Shown piece after piece: positions 29,632 to 45,840 of a stretch of 64,000 bases of DNA. Location: the NCBI RefSeq assembly GCF_009914755.1, contig NC_060927.1. One strand, written 5' to 3'. The notes below the pieces were generated by a model that made no database searches, was not told the origin of the DNA, and saw only the letters and a program-made list of their open reading frames with translations. The translations under genes and the position numbers were made by a program. The first letter of the stretch is position 1; the number at the start of each line of letters is the position of its first letter. Origin of the DNA: the human T2T-CHM13v2.0 reference genome, Homo sapiens.

Positions 29632-29840
29632 ATGCAATGCTGTCAAACAGAGCTCTCTACAACGATAAAAATGTTCCAGATGTGTGTTGCCCAATATGGT
29701 AGTCATGAGCCACATGTGACCACTGAGCACCTGAAATATGGTAGTGTGCCTGAGGAAGTGAACATTTAATTTTATTCCTTTTTAATTAATTCAAATTTAA
29801 ATTAAATTTAAATAGCTACACGTGGTTAGTGGTTTCCATG
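29632..29840. mobile_element. MER3 hAT-Charlie fossil
   Basis: ccaatatggtag...agccacatgtg...gagcacctgaaatatgg...aaatagctacacgtggttagtgg. Confidence 0.8.
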
Positions 29841-30552
29841 CAGAAGCAGAAGAAGACAGCTCCTGTTCTTCTATTTCATTCATATTCTGTGTGTCCCCTT
29901 GTAGGACTTGGCATATTTGCAGTTACATAGTGTTTAAAATTATTTGTTTAATGTCCATCTTTCCCACTAAATTATTGAGATTTTAAGTAGAGTAACTAGG
30001 TCTGTCTTGATCCCACAAAAGCCCATGCTTGACACCACAAGCCCCCATGCTTGACACATAGTGTCTATTCAAAGAGCTGCTGACTTACCATTTAAATAAA
30101 GCTTTTAATTATCTTAAACATATAATATCAGATATTAATAAGTTGGTTAAGTGAATACCAAAGGTTCATGTTAGAAGACTGGAATACTGTTTACAAGGTG
30201 TGAACTTTCTGGAAAAGTCCAGAAAATGCCACCAGAAATTATAAAAATCAGTGGTAAAATGTGGTTGCCACAGATTTTTCATAAACACAAACATACATAC
30301 ACACACACATTCTCAAAACACAGCTGCCTTCAGCAAAAGAGTCTTCTATTTTGCTCTAAAATCTGTTGTGGTTGTGAAAATGATGTCACTTCTCTGCAAA
30401 AGAAAAATTTCAATGCAAAACAAACTCACAATTTAGCTCAGGATGTATGAAAAAGTTGACACAAAGAAGCTGTCCTTTCCTGGTTTAAATGACACATTTT
30501 ATCTTTAGATTTTGGTAGCTAATTTTTAAAAAAATCCTTTAAAACGTATTAC

Positions 30553-30594
30553 CTTTTCCAGGGACAAATGCTCTATAATGTTATTCTCTGCCAT
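30553..30594 (-). other. Candidate 42-nt exon (reads MAENNIIEHLSLEK in phase 0)
   Basis: Minus strand: tgtttatttcattttcaaag|ATGGCAGAG...GAAAAG|gtaata; only phase 0 is open. Confidence 0.45.
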
Positions 30595-31014
30595 CTTTGA
30601 AAATGAAATAAACATTTATTAAAATAATACCATACACGACACAGATATTTTTAATACCCCCATTGGAAATGGTGGCATAGAGAAGTGGACAGTGTGTATA
30701 AAGCTACGAATTCCAGAGAACACTGGTTATAATTCAGTGGGAAATACAGTTAGTTTGTCATTGTTTGGCTGATTTGTTCATCCATCCATTTATCTCTCTC
30801 TCCATATGTAATGTTTATCCTTTCTTACTTTACTAAAATAATATCTTTCATCATGAAACTCACAGTATGCTAGGAAAGTTGAAAAAATACACAGGTGACT
30901 GAAATATAAGCCCCTAAAGAAAGCTGTGTTCAGGAGAGGCATAGAGTTCATCCTTGGAGGAGCCATTTATATGAAAACAGTTCTGTTTACATGCAACAGA
31001 GAAAGCCATTAAGC

Positions 31015-31266
31015 TTTTTTTTTTTTTTTTAATGGAGTTTTGCTCTGTCCCAGGCCGGAGTGCAGTGGTGCGATCTCGGCGATGCCTCAGCCTCCTGAAT
31101 AGCTGGGACTACAGGCACGCACCAACACGCCCAGCTAATTTTTGTTTTAGTAGAGACGGGGTTTCACCATATTGGCCAGGATGGTCTCAATCTCTTGACC
31201 TTGTGATCCTCCCGCCTCAGCCTCCCAAAGTGCTGGGATTACAGGCCTGATCCACCATGCCCAGCC
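31015..31266 (-). mobile_element. AluS (Sc-like) with internal deletions
   Basis: gatctcggc|gatgcctcagcc lacks part of the right arm. Confidence 0.9.
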
Positions 31267-31276
31267 AAGAATTCTT

Positions 31277-31586
<310 letters not shown>

Positions 31587-31733
31587 CAGCCAAGAATTCT
31601 TAAGAAAATATCCTAGTGAGAGCCTTTCTTTTTAATCCTGAAATGCATCTGATTGAGGACACAGGGTTTAGGGAGGGGGCACAAAGGAAAACTGAACAGT
31701 ACATATGTGTTGCATAAATTCATGGACTAATGA

Positions 31734-32088
<355 letters not shown>

Positions 32089-33891
32089 GAGACTATTCTT
32101 AAAAACGCCCATAGTTTCCACACAAACAGGCTGATTATGAAGAGTGACAGAAAAGCCAACAATTGTAACGTTTGCCTAAATTTTCTTCAGGTATGTTCCT
32201 GGTTTTTCAGGAGGCACTCTGCCTTGCAGATAGAGCTTACAAACCAAGACCATCAGGGTACATGTGGCACTTTCATTTTTCTTCTCAGAGTAGATCTAGA
32301 GACATTTAAATTAATCATTTGGAGGTTGAAATACCAATTCCTTGGTATTTCAAAGATAATGTGCCAAGTCCTATTATCATTTAGCAATAATTTAAGGAAA
32401 GGAAGTATCTTTCAAAAGTACAGAACAACCTACACAGATTTAACATGTCAAACTAATATGATAAAATTATTTTGCTACTATGGTAATTTCAAGATGGGTG
32501 TGACATTTTGCTTTTTTGTTTTCTAAAAAATGAAAAATGTCTTTGAATCTTGTTAGCAATGCCTGACCTTCAGACACACTGGCCATGCCAGGGATGCAGA
32601 GTTCACAGTGATTACTCCTACATGTACCTGGGCCCAAAGGCCAAGCCTAGGAGGTTCATTTCATTATCATAAAGTAAGTTGAAAAAAGATCAAACGTGGA
32701 TTCAAAAAAAATAAAGCACTAACAAGGAGGAGAATATAGCCCGTTGCACGCACTACAATCAAGTAGGTGGTACACATCCCCAGTCCTTGAAGAATTGCTC
32801 ATGTGCCCTGTCTAAAACTGGTTTTGTAGACTCTGACTTTTGCCTTTGGTTGCACAATGATGAAGAATCAATTTTATCCCAGACCAGTGAAAATGAGAGC
32901 ACATTACTACTATGAGGAGAACCGCTAAAGGTTAATTGGGTTTTAGATACTTAGCCCTAATTGTTCAAGATTTTATCATAATATCAATTTCTGCATTAAT
33001 GCAAGGCACCCTGAGGCCATATGAAATAGATTTCATTCTAAATTTAAATATATCCTTCCATCCAAAAAGAGAAGCATTCTTCCCAGATAATTCCCACAAT
33101 CAGAATCCAACTTCCTAGATGAAATAGGTCAAATTAACCAAACCTCCCCCAAAATATTGCTTTCAGTCAGTGATGACTGACATAATTATCTAGTTAATCC
33201 TAATACTTAGATACTTAATGTAGATAATCTGAAACATTAATTAAATATGAAAATACGTTACATGATTTTTCCTGGGAACTATATTTTAGTAACACTAACA
33301 CTTCTGTTTAAGAAGTTAGAGATAGTTTTCTTTCCATAACTGGAACATTGAGTACTGTTGGTTCAACAGGAACAAGTTTGGTATGCCATTTATTTCGGTA
33401 TTCAGAGCAGGTCATTACCAAAATGAAAATTACCTTAAGTATTGTTAAGCCATTAGGGCACAGTTTTGTATAATCAGACAACATCTTAATAGATACTCCT
33501 ATTTATTGTCACAATAAACCATCTGGTAAGTTTTAGAGATCCATTTTGGAAAAAAGGAGATACCTAGTTTTCAGAACACCTGGTATAGGAAACTCTTAAT
33601 TTACAAAATAAATGAAATTGAGGGAGACTGATGTGCGTTGCAAAAGAATACCTAGGTTGAAGAAAAAACAAAACACCTACCTAAATATTCTTTGACCAGT
33701 AGTATCTCTAGGGCTTCTGTGTTTCAATTTACAATTTTGTTTAACATATAACCTTTAAGGTATTCAAAAACAACAGCATTAATAATAATAGCTAAAATTT
33801 AGACAGGAGGTTATGTGATCCATTCACTATTCTAGAAACTTTACATTTATTATCTCACTTAAGCCTCACAGCAATCCTAAAAGGTAAGTGC

Positions 33892-34301
33892 TGATATAGT
33901 TTGGATGTTTGTCCCTTTCAAATTTCATATTAAAATGTGATCCCCAAAGTTGGAGGTGGGGCCTGGTAGGAGGTTTTAGGTCATGGGGGTAGATCTGTAA
34001 TGAATAGCTTGGAGACCTCCCCATGGTAATGAGTGGGTTCTCACTGTTAGTTCACACAAGAGGCTGGCTGTTTAAAGAAGCTTGTCCCTTGTCACTCTCA
34101 CTGCCTCTTGCCATGGGATCTCCCAGCTCCCCTTTTGCCTTCTGCCATGATACTAAGTTTCCTCTGGCCTCTGCAGAAGCTGAACAGATGTTGGTGCCAT
34201 GCTTGTACACCCTGCAGAACCATGAACCAAACAAACCTCTTTTCATTATATATTACCTAGTTTCAGATATTCCTTTATAGCAACATAATTGGTCTAACAC
34301 A
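33892..34301 (+). mobile_element. MSTA/B MaLR solo LTR inserted in a MIR
   Basis: tgatatagtttggatgtttgtccc...ggtctaacaca; MIR halves on both sides. Confidence 0.88.
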
Positions 34302-34908
34302 GTCAGTGTCGTTATTTTCATTTTACAGCGAGGATACTGAGACTCACAGTAACTTCTGAAGGTTGTACAACCTTATGGGAAAAAGAGGGTACAGATTTTA
34401 AAAGCAATGGATTAAAATGAGTACTGCTGTGAATATCTACATGTCTCCGTACACGTCCAAGTTTAGTTGTCTCACTGCATGAGTATTTTCCATCTTTTCA
34501 GACCTATATTAAAAATGCAAGCCAAATATCGATTATTATCATTACCAGTTTCTAACACCCCTGAGCATTTTGACCCGGTAAGGCAAAGATGAATATTTCT
34601 TAGACCATTTTATCCATCATAGGTTATTCTACCAGTGAATAGCTGTCTGATATCTTGGTCTCAACATGACTAGAGGCTTTACAAGCATTTATAAATCCCA
34701 GTAATAGTACATCTTCTTGAGTGGCTGCCTGGTTCCACTATGCGAACATCATGGCAACCGCGTAACAAAAAAGCCACACAGTGTTCCTAGTACTTACTGA
34801 TATGACCAAGACCTTGTAGCCTTTGAAACTCCATGATTTTTAACATAACCAAAAAGTTCATGAATAAGAGCTTGGTGCTTCATGTCACATATAAATGATT
34901 TTATATTA

Positions 34909-35359
<451 letters not shown>

Positions 35360-35719
35360 CTATTGCTCAGATAATATTTCAAAGAACAGGAAAGAGAACA
35401 TATTTAAAAGTATATATCTGCATTGACTGCCAATCTCTCTTTCGATAGTAGAGATGACTATGTTTGATATTAAGCTTCTGTAAATCAGGCTTTCCTACTT
35501 TAACTTTCTAGTATCAACTGGTATATACAATCATTACTCTTTCTTTCCTTTTTTGTTTTTTTTCTCCTATCCTCTACATGGATAGACTAGAGGCTTAATA
35601 GTGTGATGATAATGGCTCTGTAACTCTGTAACTCTGGGTATGGCGTGTTCAGAACACCCACAGTAAACAATCCCAAATCCAAACATGTGTCTCAGAAAAT
35701 GTGTCTCAAAGGCCTAGTG

Positions 35720-35880
35720 CTGTGCTGTCCAATATGGTAGGTGGTAACTACAAGTAGGTATTTACATTAAAATTAAATAAATTAAAAATTCCATTCCTTA
35801 GCCACATTTCAAGTGTTCAGTAGCCACATATGGCTTAATAGCTACTATACTAGCACAAATATGGTTCCATTGGACAGTGG
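35720..35880. mobile_element. MER3/MER33-like fossil
   Basis: gctgtccaatatggtag...agccacatttcaagtg...attggacag. Confidence 0.7.
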
Positions 35881-35909
35881 CTAGCCTAGAGTAACATTTT
35901 CTAACTTAC

Positions 35910-35988
35910 CACCTTGACCAGGGTTTAAATCAAGACCAGCCAATGGATTGTGCCTCACATGTACACCTACTTAATTTTAATTGGCATC
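35910..35988 (-). other. Candidate 79-nt non-coding (5'UTR-type) exon
   Basis: ctgtactttttttctactccag|GATGCC...CAAGGTG|gtaagt; very strong sites; all frames closed. Confidence 0.35.
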
Positions 35989-36156
35989 CTGGAGTAGAAA
36001 AAAAGTACAGTGTTTGGAATAGACATCTCTTGCGGACATAGAATTGCGGAGTGGTGCCCACATACACCAAACATGGCTCATAAGAACTTGCATTAGCAGC
36101 AGTATAAAACTACAAAATACTAAAAATGCAACAAGAGTGCCACATCTCATAAATTA

Positions 36157-36174
36157 CACGTGTCTTTCCACGTG
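36157..36174. promoter_or_regulatory. Tandem canonical E-boxes CACGTG-N6-CACGTG
   Basis: CACGTGtctttcCACGTG in unique sequence. Confidence 0.4.
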
Positions 36175-37164
36175 CCATTTCAAAATAAGCCATGAGCGAA
36201 GTGTTTTTCTTCAGGCATACAGAGTTAAATAAAGTCCTGAATACGATCCGTAATCACAATCTGGGTCTAATCTGAGACAATTCATCTTCTTATTCATTAA
36301 ACCAGAAAACTTGTATGAATTGGTAATACAAGTAACACCGATAATTTTTTTAAATGTCCATTTTACCTACATGTGAACCTGATACTCTGAAAATCACTGT
36401 TGATTCTTGTCAAGTAAACAACTATGCCACTGATAAAGCTCCATTCTTGAGTCCATATTATTCCCTGATAGAACCCAATAATCTAATCAGAGGTTTTTTT
36501 ACCCCCACTTAGGAATTGTTTTTTGGATACTGTGACTCCAATAGGGCTTTCATTAACTAAAAAGAACTGTATACAACATATCAAATGCAGCATCTGGTCT
36601 AGTCTGAATTTCTAAATGACAAGCACAGCATGCATTTGGAATTACATAGAGAACGAGAAATCAGACCTCTATCATTAGCAATCTTTTTCCCCAAACACTG
36701 CTTCCACTTCATGCTTCAACACCTTTACCTTCCACAGACCTCTTGGTAATGTCACGACTAGCTTGTCAAATCAAATTCAGCAGCACACAAGCATCTGTAT
36801 TAATACTTTTGCATTTTCATTCACTAGGAAAAAACAAACTCTACTTAGTAGGCAGATTAGCCATTATCTACTGTAACTCTAAACCATCTGAGTTACATTA
36901 CTAAAATGAATTGGCATTGAAAACAGAGCGACAGAAATGTTTACCGATAGAAAAATATGTAGGGAATGGGAGTTTCTTTTGCGCTTACTTGCCAGTGACT
37001 TCCTAAAGCTGTAATGAGGTCAAAATAAGCTGGTTTATTTCATCTGTGACCACTGGGTGAGATCTCATTTTATAATGGCCTTAATAATTTGCCACTTATG
37101 ATTACGATAATAACAATATTTTTTAAAATCACTGGAAACTTTAATTAGGTATTTCCAAATCGCT

Positions 37165-37393
37165 AGGGGTTATTAACCAAGGGTCAATTTTGCTCCCCCA
37201 ACCCCCACCCAGAAATATTTGGCAATGTCTACTGATATTTTTGGTTCTCATAATTGGAGGTGAGAGTGCTACTGGCATCTAGTGGGTACAGAACAGGGAT
37301 TCTGCTAAATATACTTCAATGCACTGGAAAACTTCCTGCAACAAAGAATTATCCCACCCAAAATGTCAACAACGCCAAGGTGAAAAAACCATG
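37165..37393 (+). mobile_element. MER20 hAT-Charlie fossil
   Basis: atttggcaatgtct...gtgctactggcatctagtgggta...caacaaagaattatcccacccaaaatgtcaa. Confidence 0.9.
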
Positions 37394-37791
37394 CCCTAAA
37401 GCTACATATGATCACTATCATTTAAATGATTATTCCAGGACTTCTATGGACATGAGCTACTGAAAAAAAAAAAATCATTTTGTCTTTCACAGATGTCAAG
37501 CTTAACCAAGTCCATGTGACCATTTAGAGAGTTAGGAGGTACATCTACTATAAAAATAGCATTTTTCAACAGAGGCTATTTTGTTATTTGTTTCATCCTT
37601 ATTCATCCTGTCTCTCTAAACAACAGCAAAATTTTTAACCCATCATCAACCTTTAAATACTGTTGGGTCAAGTTCTCACTGTCAAAAAAGACATATTAAT
37701 TGCAAAAAAGCAAAAACATGACCATCTTTACAGTGCTAAATCACTTCTGGAAAATGTTTATGTCAAAAATCAGCTTAAATTTTTGGAGATA

Positions 37792-38101
<310 letters not shown>

Positions 38102-39377
38102 TTAATAGAGACTATTACTAATCTAATAATAACTTCCATAATATCTTAAGTTTCACAACAGAGATGATGATATAAAGTAGAATTAAGTGGCAGCCTAATT
38201 ATTAATGATGTTCTTTGCCTTTGAGATAATCCAGTTATACACTTTAAAGGTTTGGTATCTTTAGCCCCATGCGAGGAGAGAGTCGTATGTTTTTCTTTCT
38301 CTCACACACACTCCAGGAAAGGAAAAGCAAGCACAGTAGTTAACCCCTGATAGTTTATTAGTCATTCTTGCTTTGTCGCTTTATTACCACGAAACTGGTC
38401 AGTCATGGACATAAACAAAACGTGCAAGGATAAGGCAGGCTTTCACTCACATAAAAACTGCCAAGGGCCAACCCCATTGTGAATCACTACAAAATCTTAA
38501 AACAACAACAACAACAACAAAAACCCAGCACTTTGAATCATAGTATCTCTTCAACAGATACACTACAAAACTTTATCAGAAACACTATGTGAGAGATGAA
38601 CAGAGCTAGGAGGTATTTTCACATTAGTAAAAAAAAAAAAAAAAAAATCTCAGAAATCATTTATATAAAAACCTATTGTGAGAAGTCTAAATTTACGTTC
38701 AATGCCTTCCCTTTCTTTCGCTCTATACAGTTTTAAAATATGTTCATTTTGTTCTAACTGCACAGTAATAGGCATGGCCTCCTAAGCAGAAAAAATATAT
38801 TATGGCAAGGAAAAATGAAGAGATACGTTGCTAACACAACAGACTTTTGTTAAACAATTAAGAGGAAAAAAATGCATACAATATAGCATTTGCTATATAA
38901 CCATAACCTCTCCCATTCCTGGTGTCCCACTCTGAATTCTACTTGATTCAACAACTTAAGATGCAATGGAAATAATAATGTCTATTCCAGCAGATTAAAA
39001 AATACAAGGCAGCAGTAAATGTTATGACCACCAGCTAATGGGCTATGGTGGAGAAGCATCCACTGTGGATTAAGCTCTCAAGTACTCAATAACTTTTAAA
39101 AATGCCTTAAATCACCCACAAAATGCAGTATACATGGCTTTGTGTATACAACTGTTAAGTGTACAAATATACATCAGGTGCAGGAAATCAAAAGCAGCCT
39201 TTGTGAAAACTTAGTTTTATAGTACTTATTACTACAAACTAGACATAAAGGTGCTGAATAAAATAATTAAGAAAAAGGAAATAGCAACTTTGAACAATCT
39301 TATAAATCATTTTATATAAGTTAGTTATCCTTAGAGTATGTATACTATAATTCTGAGTTAAATATTTATATAATACA

Positions 39378-39670
39378 ATTTTTGTAACTGAAACAGGATC
39401 TCACTTTGTCATCCAGTCTAGAGTGCAGTTGCACGATCATGGCCTACTGCAGCCTTGATCTCCCAGGCTCAAAGGATCCTCCTGCCTCATCTACCTGAGT
39501 AGCTGGGAATAAAGGCATGCACCGCCATACCCAGTGAATTTTTTTTTCTGGTAGAGATGGTGTCTTACTACATTGCCTAGACTGGTCTTGAACTCCTGAA
39601 CTCAATGGATCCTCCTGCCTCAGCCTCCCCAAATGCTGGAATGACATATGTGAGCCACTGTGCCTGGTCC
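39378..39670 (-). mobile_element. AluJ
   Basis: Diverged dimeric Alu. Confidence 0.9.
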
Positions 39671-39769
39671 ATATAAGATTTTAGAGTATTACTCTAAGAG
39701 ATTAACCCTACCCTGGGGAATCGATGTCAAAAGTTGGGAATATCTTTCCTAGGTGAAATAATAGAAATA

Positions 39770-39970
39770 ACGAACTCTTTAGAGCTGACTATGTAGCAGG
39801 TGCTTCTGAGTGCCATACCCAGGGTAACTGATCCATGGGTTACATTAGAGGAAATTGAAGCATAAGGCAAGTAAGTAACTTGGCCAGAGCTGCAGAGCAA
39901 CCATGTGGCAGAACCAAGATTTCAAGATTTGAGCCCCGGCAGTGTGGTTCCATAGACGCTACTCACTGGT
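39770..39970. mobile_element. MIR SINE
   Basis: gaggaaattgaagcata...aagtaacttggccagag. Confidence 0.6.
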
Positions 39971-40814
39971 CTCTTCTGCCTCTGGAAGACTCTCTCCTTC
40001 CCTGCCTTCTTGTCACCCCTCCTCCCACCCACTGACTACCACTGTACAGCGAGGGTCTTAAGCCAGAGATCCTATGAGCCGCAACCACCAACTGCGAGCT
40101 GCACATTTTTTGAGGAATTACCTTTCCGGCAGCACATTTGAGGGATTCAAGGACTTAGAACAACATGAAACAATTCAACAATAATGACAAGGCAATGACT
40201 ATCGAAGTGCAGCTTCACCTCACAATATCTATAAAAACATCCATGGTTATTGCACCATCCACTTGTTCCTCTTCCTGTACTCTTGTCATTGTTTCAATAG
40301 AAACCGCTGACTACCCTGACTGCTCTCATATATACCCAGAGGACAAGGTTTGAGCATCTTCTGGTAAACAGCAATCTTTCTTCATGCTGGCATGACCTCA
40401 CACTCCACTTCTTGCCTCTTCTCTAAACAATTTCTTCTGTTGTATACACTACTATAATCATAGCACACATGGGTCAAAATCACTAGTCTAATCTCAGTAC
40501 TCTACCTGCAAAAGAGCAGTACCTAACAAAGAAACCAACCTACACTCTCATTTGTGAAGGGCCTACTGTGTGTGCGTTCCAGACGATATGTGGTAGGTGC
40601 TGACCACTTTACATGCATCAACTGACCTTTAAACAGAACTATGTCCACTATAGCGTAAACACAATGAGGGCTCAGAGTGGACAAGCAACTGGTGGTCCAC
40701 AATTCCATAGCCTGTTAGGGTTAAAGCTGGGATTCTAATCTGGTCTGCTCTTGAAAGTCCCCACTTGGTAATATTTCTCTTTCTCTGCCTTTGCCTAAGG
40801 AAATTCTATTTATT

Positions 40815-41090
40815 CTTTTTTTTTTTTTTTTTTTTGGAGTGCAACAGCGCTATCTCAGCTCACTGCAACCTCTACTTCCCAGGTTCAAGCGATTCTCCTG
40901 CCTCAGCCTCCTGAGTAGCTGGGATTACAGGTGCCTGCCACCACACCTAGCTAATTTTTTTGTATTTTTAGTTAGAGACAGGGTTTCACAATGTCAGCTA
41001 GGCTGGTCTGGAACTCCCGACCTCAAGTGATCCACCCACCTTGGCCTCCCAAAGTGCTGGGATTACAGGTGTGAGCCACCGTGCCCAGCC
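40815..41090 (-). mobile_element. AluS lacking about 30 nt next to the tail
   Basis: T-tract joins directly to ggagtgcaac; TSD ttattcttt. Confidence 0.92.
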
Positions 41091-41570
41091 AACTTATTCT
41101 TTAATGTCTCCCACACTAATCTGCATTCTCCCTGCAGGCAGGGACCATGCTTTGTTCACCTCTGTTTCTATTATACTTCCTAAGGAATGGACACTTAAAA
41201 CTTCCCGAACTGATCAAAATAAATGTGAGAGGACAGTGCCTAGCATCTAACAGGCTCCTTGGTGGTTGCGGTCTAAGTGGACATGTACAGGTGGGATTAC
41301 TCGAATTCTAAGAATGGCTGGATTTAACACAAGTCAAAAGCATTTGGAAACAATAATCATCATCCTGAATTCCCAATTCTCTCCCCCCTCACCTTTCTGC
41401 CTCTGCTCTACCCCTTCTTCTCCAACCCTGTGTCTCAGTCTGTCTGTTTCTCCACTCTCTTGACTTCTCTCTCTGTCCCTCTCACACCATTATTGTCACC
41501 ACAGGCCTTTGAAGCGACTATACCCTCAAACACACCATACTTATCTTCCACAATCACATCTGAAATATTT

Positions 41571-41982
41571 TGGCTATAGTTTGCTTATGGTTTGTTTGGC
41601 CTTGCTGAGTCTCATGTTGAAATCTGATCCCTAATGTTGGAGTTAAGGCTCGATGACAGGTGTTTGGGTCCCAGGGGCGGATCCCACAGAGATGGTTTGG
41701 TGCTATTCTCAAAGGAGTGAGCCCTCCCTCTTAGTTCCTTCAGAACTGGTGGTTAAAAGGAGCCTGACACCTCCCACCCTTCTCTGTCTTGCCATGTGAT
41801 CTGCACATACCAGTTCTCCTTCCCCTCCTGCCATGAGCAGAAGCTTCCTGAGGCCCTACCAGAAGCAGATATTGTTGCTATGCTTCTTGTACAGCTTGCA
41901 GAACAATGAGCCGAATAAACCCCTTTCTTATAAATTACCTAGTCTCAGGTATTCTTTTACAGCACACAAATGGACTAAGACA
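41571..41982 (+). mobile_element. MSTB MaLR solo LTR
   Basis: ctatagtttg...tctcatgttgaaatctgatccc...ggactaagaca. Confidence 0.88.
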
Positions 41983-42117
41983 ATTTCTAACCACATCTGA
42001 GATAAAATTAACCCCCTAAATAAGCACACAAATGGTATTGATATGATGAATAACTCACCTCAAATGTACTTCAGATAGCCTTCTGCACAAGGCATGTCTC
42101 TTGAGTTAACAAACCCT

Positions 42118-42412
42118 AGCCAGGCATGGTGGCTCATGCCCATAATCCCAGCACTTTGGGAAGCTGAGGCAGGCAGACTGCTTGAGTCCAGGAGTACGAG
42201 ACCTGTCTGGGCAACATGGAAAAACCCCATCTCTACAGAAAAAATACAACAATTAGCACGGCCTGGTGGTCACATGCCTGTAGACCCAGCTACTCAGGAG
42301 ACTGAGGTGACAGGATCATAAGCCCAGGAGGTGGAGGTTGCAATGAGCAGCGATCATGCCACTACACTCCAGCCTGGGTGATAGAGACCCAATCTCCAAA
42401 CAAAACGAAACC
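42118..42412 (+). mobile_element. AluJ
   Basis: Dimeric Alu, diverged. Confidence 0.92.
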
Positions 42413-42927
42413 ACCACACAAGACCTAAACCTGATATCCAGATCTGAGAAGACAGAAAATATTTTCAAATCTCTCACATATATATGCATTCATACATTGC
42501 TACTTACTTTCCTCTTTGTGTGTTACTGATGTCTTCAAGTAATCACACAGCTCTCTGCACATGCCAGCTCTTGTGTTCCAAGTTTCCATGCAGCATCTCA
42601 TGGAATTGCCTCAACAACTCCAGGGCTAGGGACTACTGTCATCTGTATCTAACAGACAAGGAGGCTGTGGTACAGAGGGCTCGTAAAGTTAGCACAGTGG
42701 AGAAGGCAGGTTGCTACTCAGACATCCATTCCTAGAGCCCACATTCTTAGAACACACAGCCTGTCTGTCCCTCCAGCACCACCCTGCCTACTTTTAGTCA
42801 TCCTGGTGTCGTCTGGCTGTAAGTTCCTGAGAATTACCCTATTTGCTAATGTACTGGAATGGCATCTTCCTTATTAAAGGCACTCAATTTAGCAATGCAT
42901 TTGCATTCCCTGATTGGTTTTCCATAT

Positions 42928-43108
42928 AAGTGGTTCACAAAATATGGTCCCTCTGCACCACTTGGGAGTGTCTTAGAAATGTGTATTCTCAGGCTTTATC
43001 CCAGACTTGTTATGTTAGAAACTCTGGAGCAAGGGCCTACCTGCCTGTGATTTCATAAGCCCTCCAGGTAATTCTGATGCATGCTGAAGTGTGAGGCTTA
43101 CTACCCTG
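42928..43108. mobile_element. MER5A fossil
   Basis: agtggttcacaaaatatggtccc...aagccctccaggtaattctgatgcatgctgaagt. Confidence 0.8.
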
Positions 43109-44119
43109 CATGATATTTATGGCAAGTTTTAGGTAACGGTGCCTTTGAACACTAACTTTCAGAAATAGAAGATAGAAAATGTGCAGTAAGGCATCTTGCT
43201 TCAGTAACACCCAAGGGCACATTCTGTCTACAGTTCCTCACTCTGTCATCTGTCCTCACACGTAGGCTTTCTGCTTATACACTCCAAATTACAACTACCT
43301 AACAGCTTCTAAAATGAGTGTCTGGCTTGGAAGATTTTTAAATGCTATCAGAGAATGTCTGTTTCAGGATTTAACTTGTCCAATGCAAAGAAGTGAGGCT
43401 GGGCCACAAGTGACCCATCACTTCACCTGTAAGAGCAAATTAATTACCCCTCAACATAAGTGTTATATTTATGTGCCAAGTATGGTCGATAATGAGGTCT
43501 TTACCGTGTAGCCATATTTCAAGCCATTGTTCACTTAAGTAAACACATTTTAATCACTGTCATTTCATTATTTATTCTTGAGTCTACTATACACCTGTCA
43601 GAACATTTTGTGTTTGACTAACTGTCATCTCCTTGTATCTTTCCTGCATCATATATAAACCACTGTCCACCTCCACATTTTTCCCTCTTACTGAAGTCAA
43701 GCACTACACAAGTTCATGGGGACTTAGAGGCAAGTGTGACGGCTGACCACCCCAATAGTTTGCAAAGCCTTTCATCTGCTCCTCTGAAAACGCTTTTCAC
43801 ACATTCCTTCCATATATCTCTCTGCTGCAATCTCTCTGTTGCAAAACTGTTGTTGATGAAGTGACATTTATCTAAGCATTGTCACTTTGAATAATACCAA
43901 AGAAAGAAAATGAAAATCAATGTAATTGCAAGCTATCAACCTCAAATTTTATTCACTTGTTTTAAATTTGTCAAATGAAAATAATTTGTTTATCTGAGTA
44001 ACAATATATGGGTATCAGTATATGGATAACAATTTTTAAAGCTTGATTTCAAATTTGGATTTTTAATATTAAAAAGATGAAAAATTTTTAGTCCAATTTT
44101 CCCTAGAGAACTCTAACAA

Positions 44120-45608
<1,489 letters not shown>

Positions 45609-45840
45609 ATTCATAAAAATCTGGATATTGAGGGGCTGCCTGATAATGCATTATTATATGTATTAAAATGTGTCTTGAGCCAAATGCTAATTAACTCTTG
45701 GCTGGTGCCTTTCCTTAATGTTTCTTTCTTCTTTTTTTCTTTTTTTAATTCTGATTACTCTTTGGGACAAAAAGGTGGTGCTGAAACAAGATATCATTTA
45801 TGATCAACTCAATACAGAGATTACTTAATATTTATCACAT

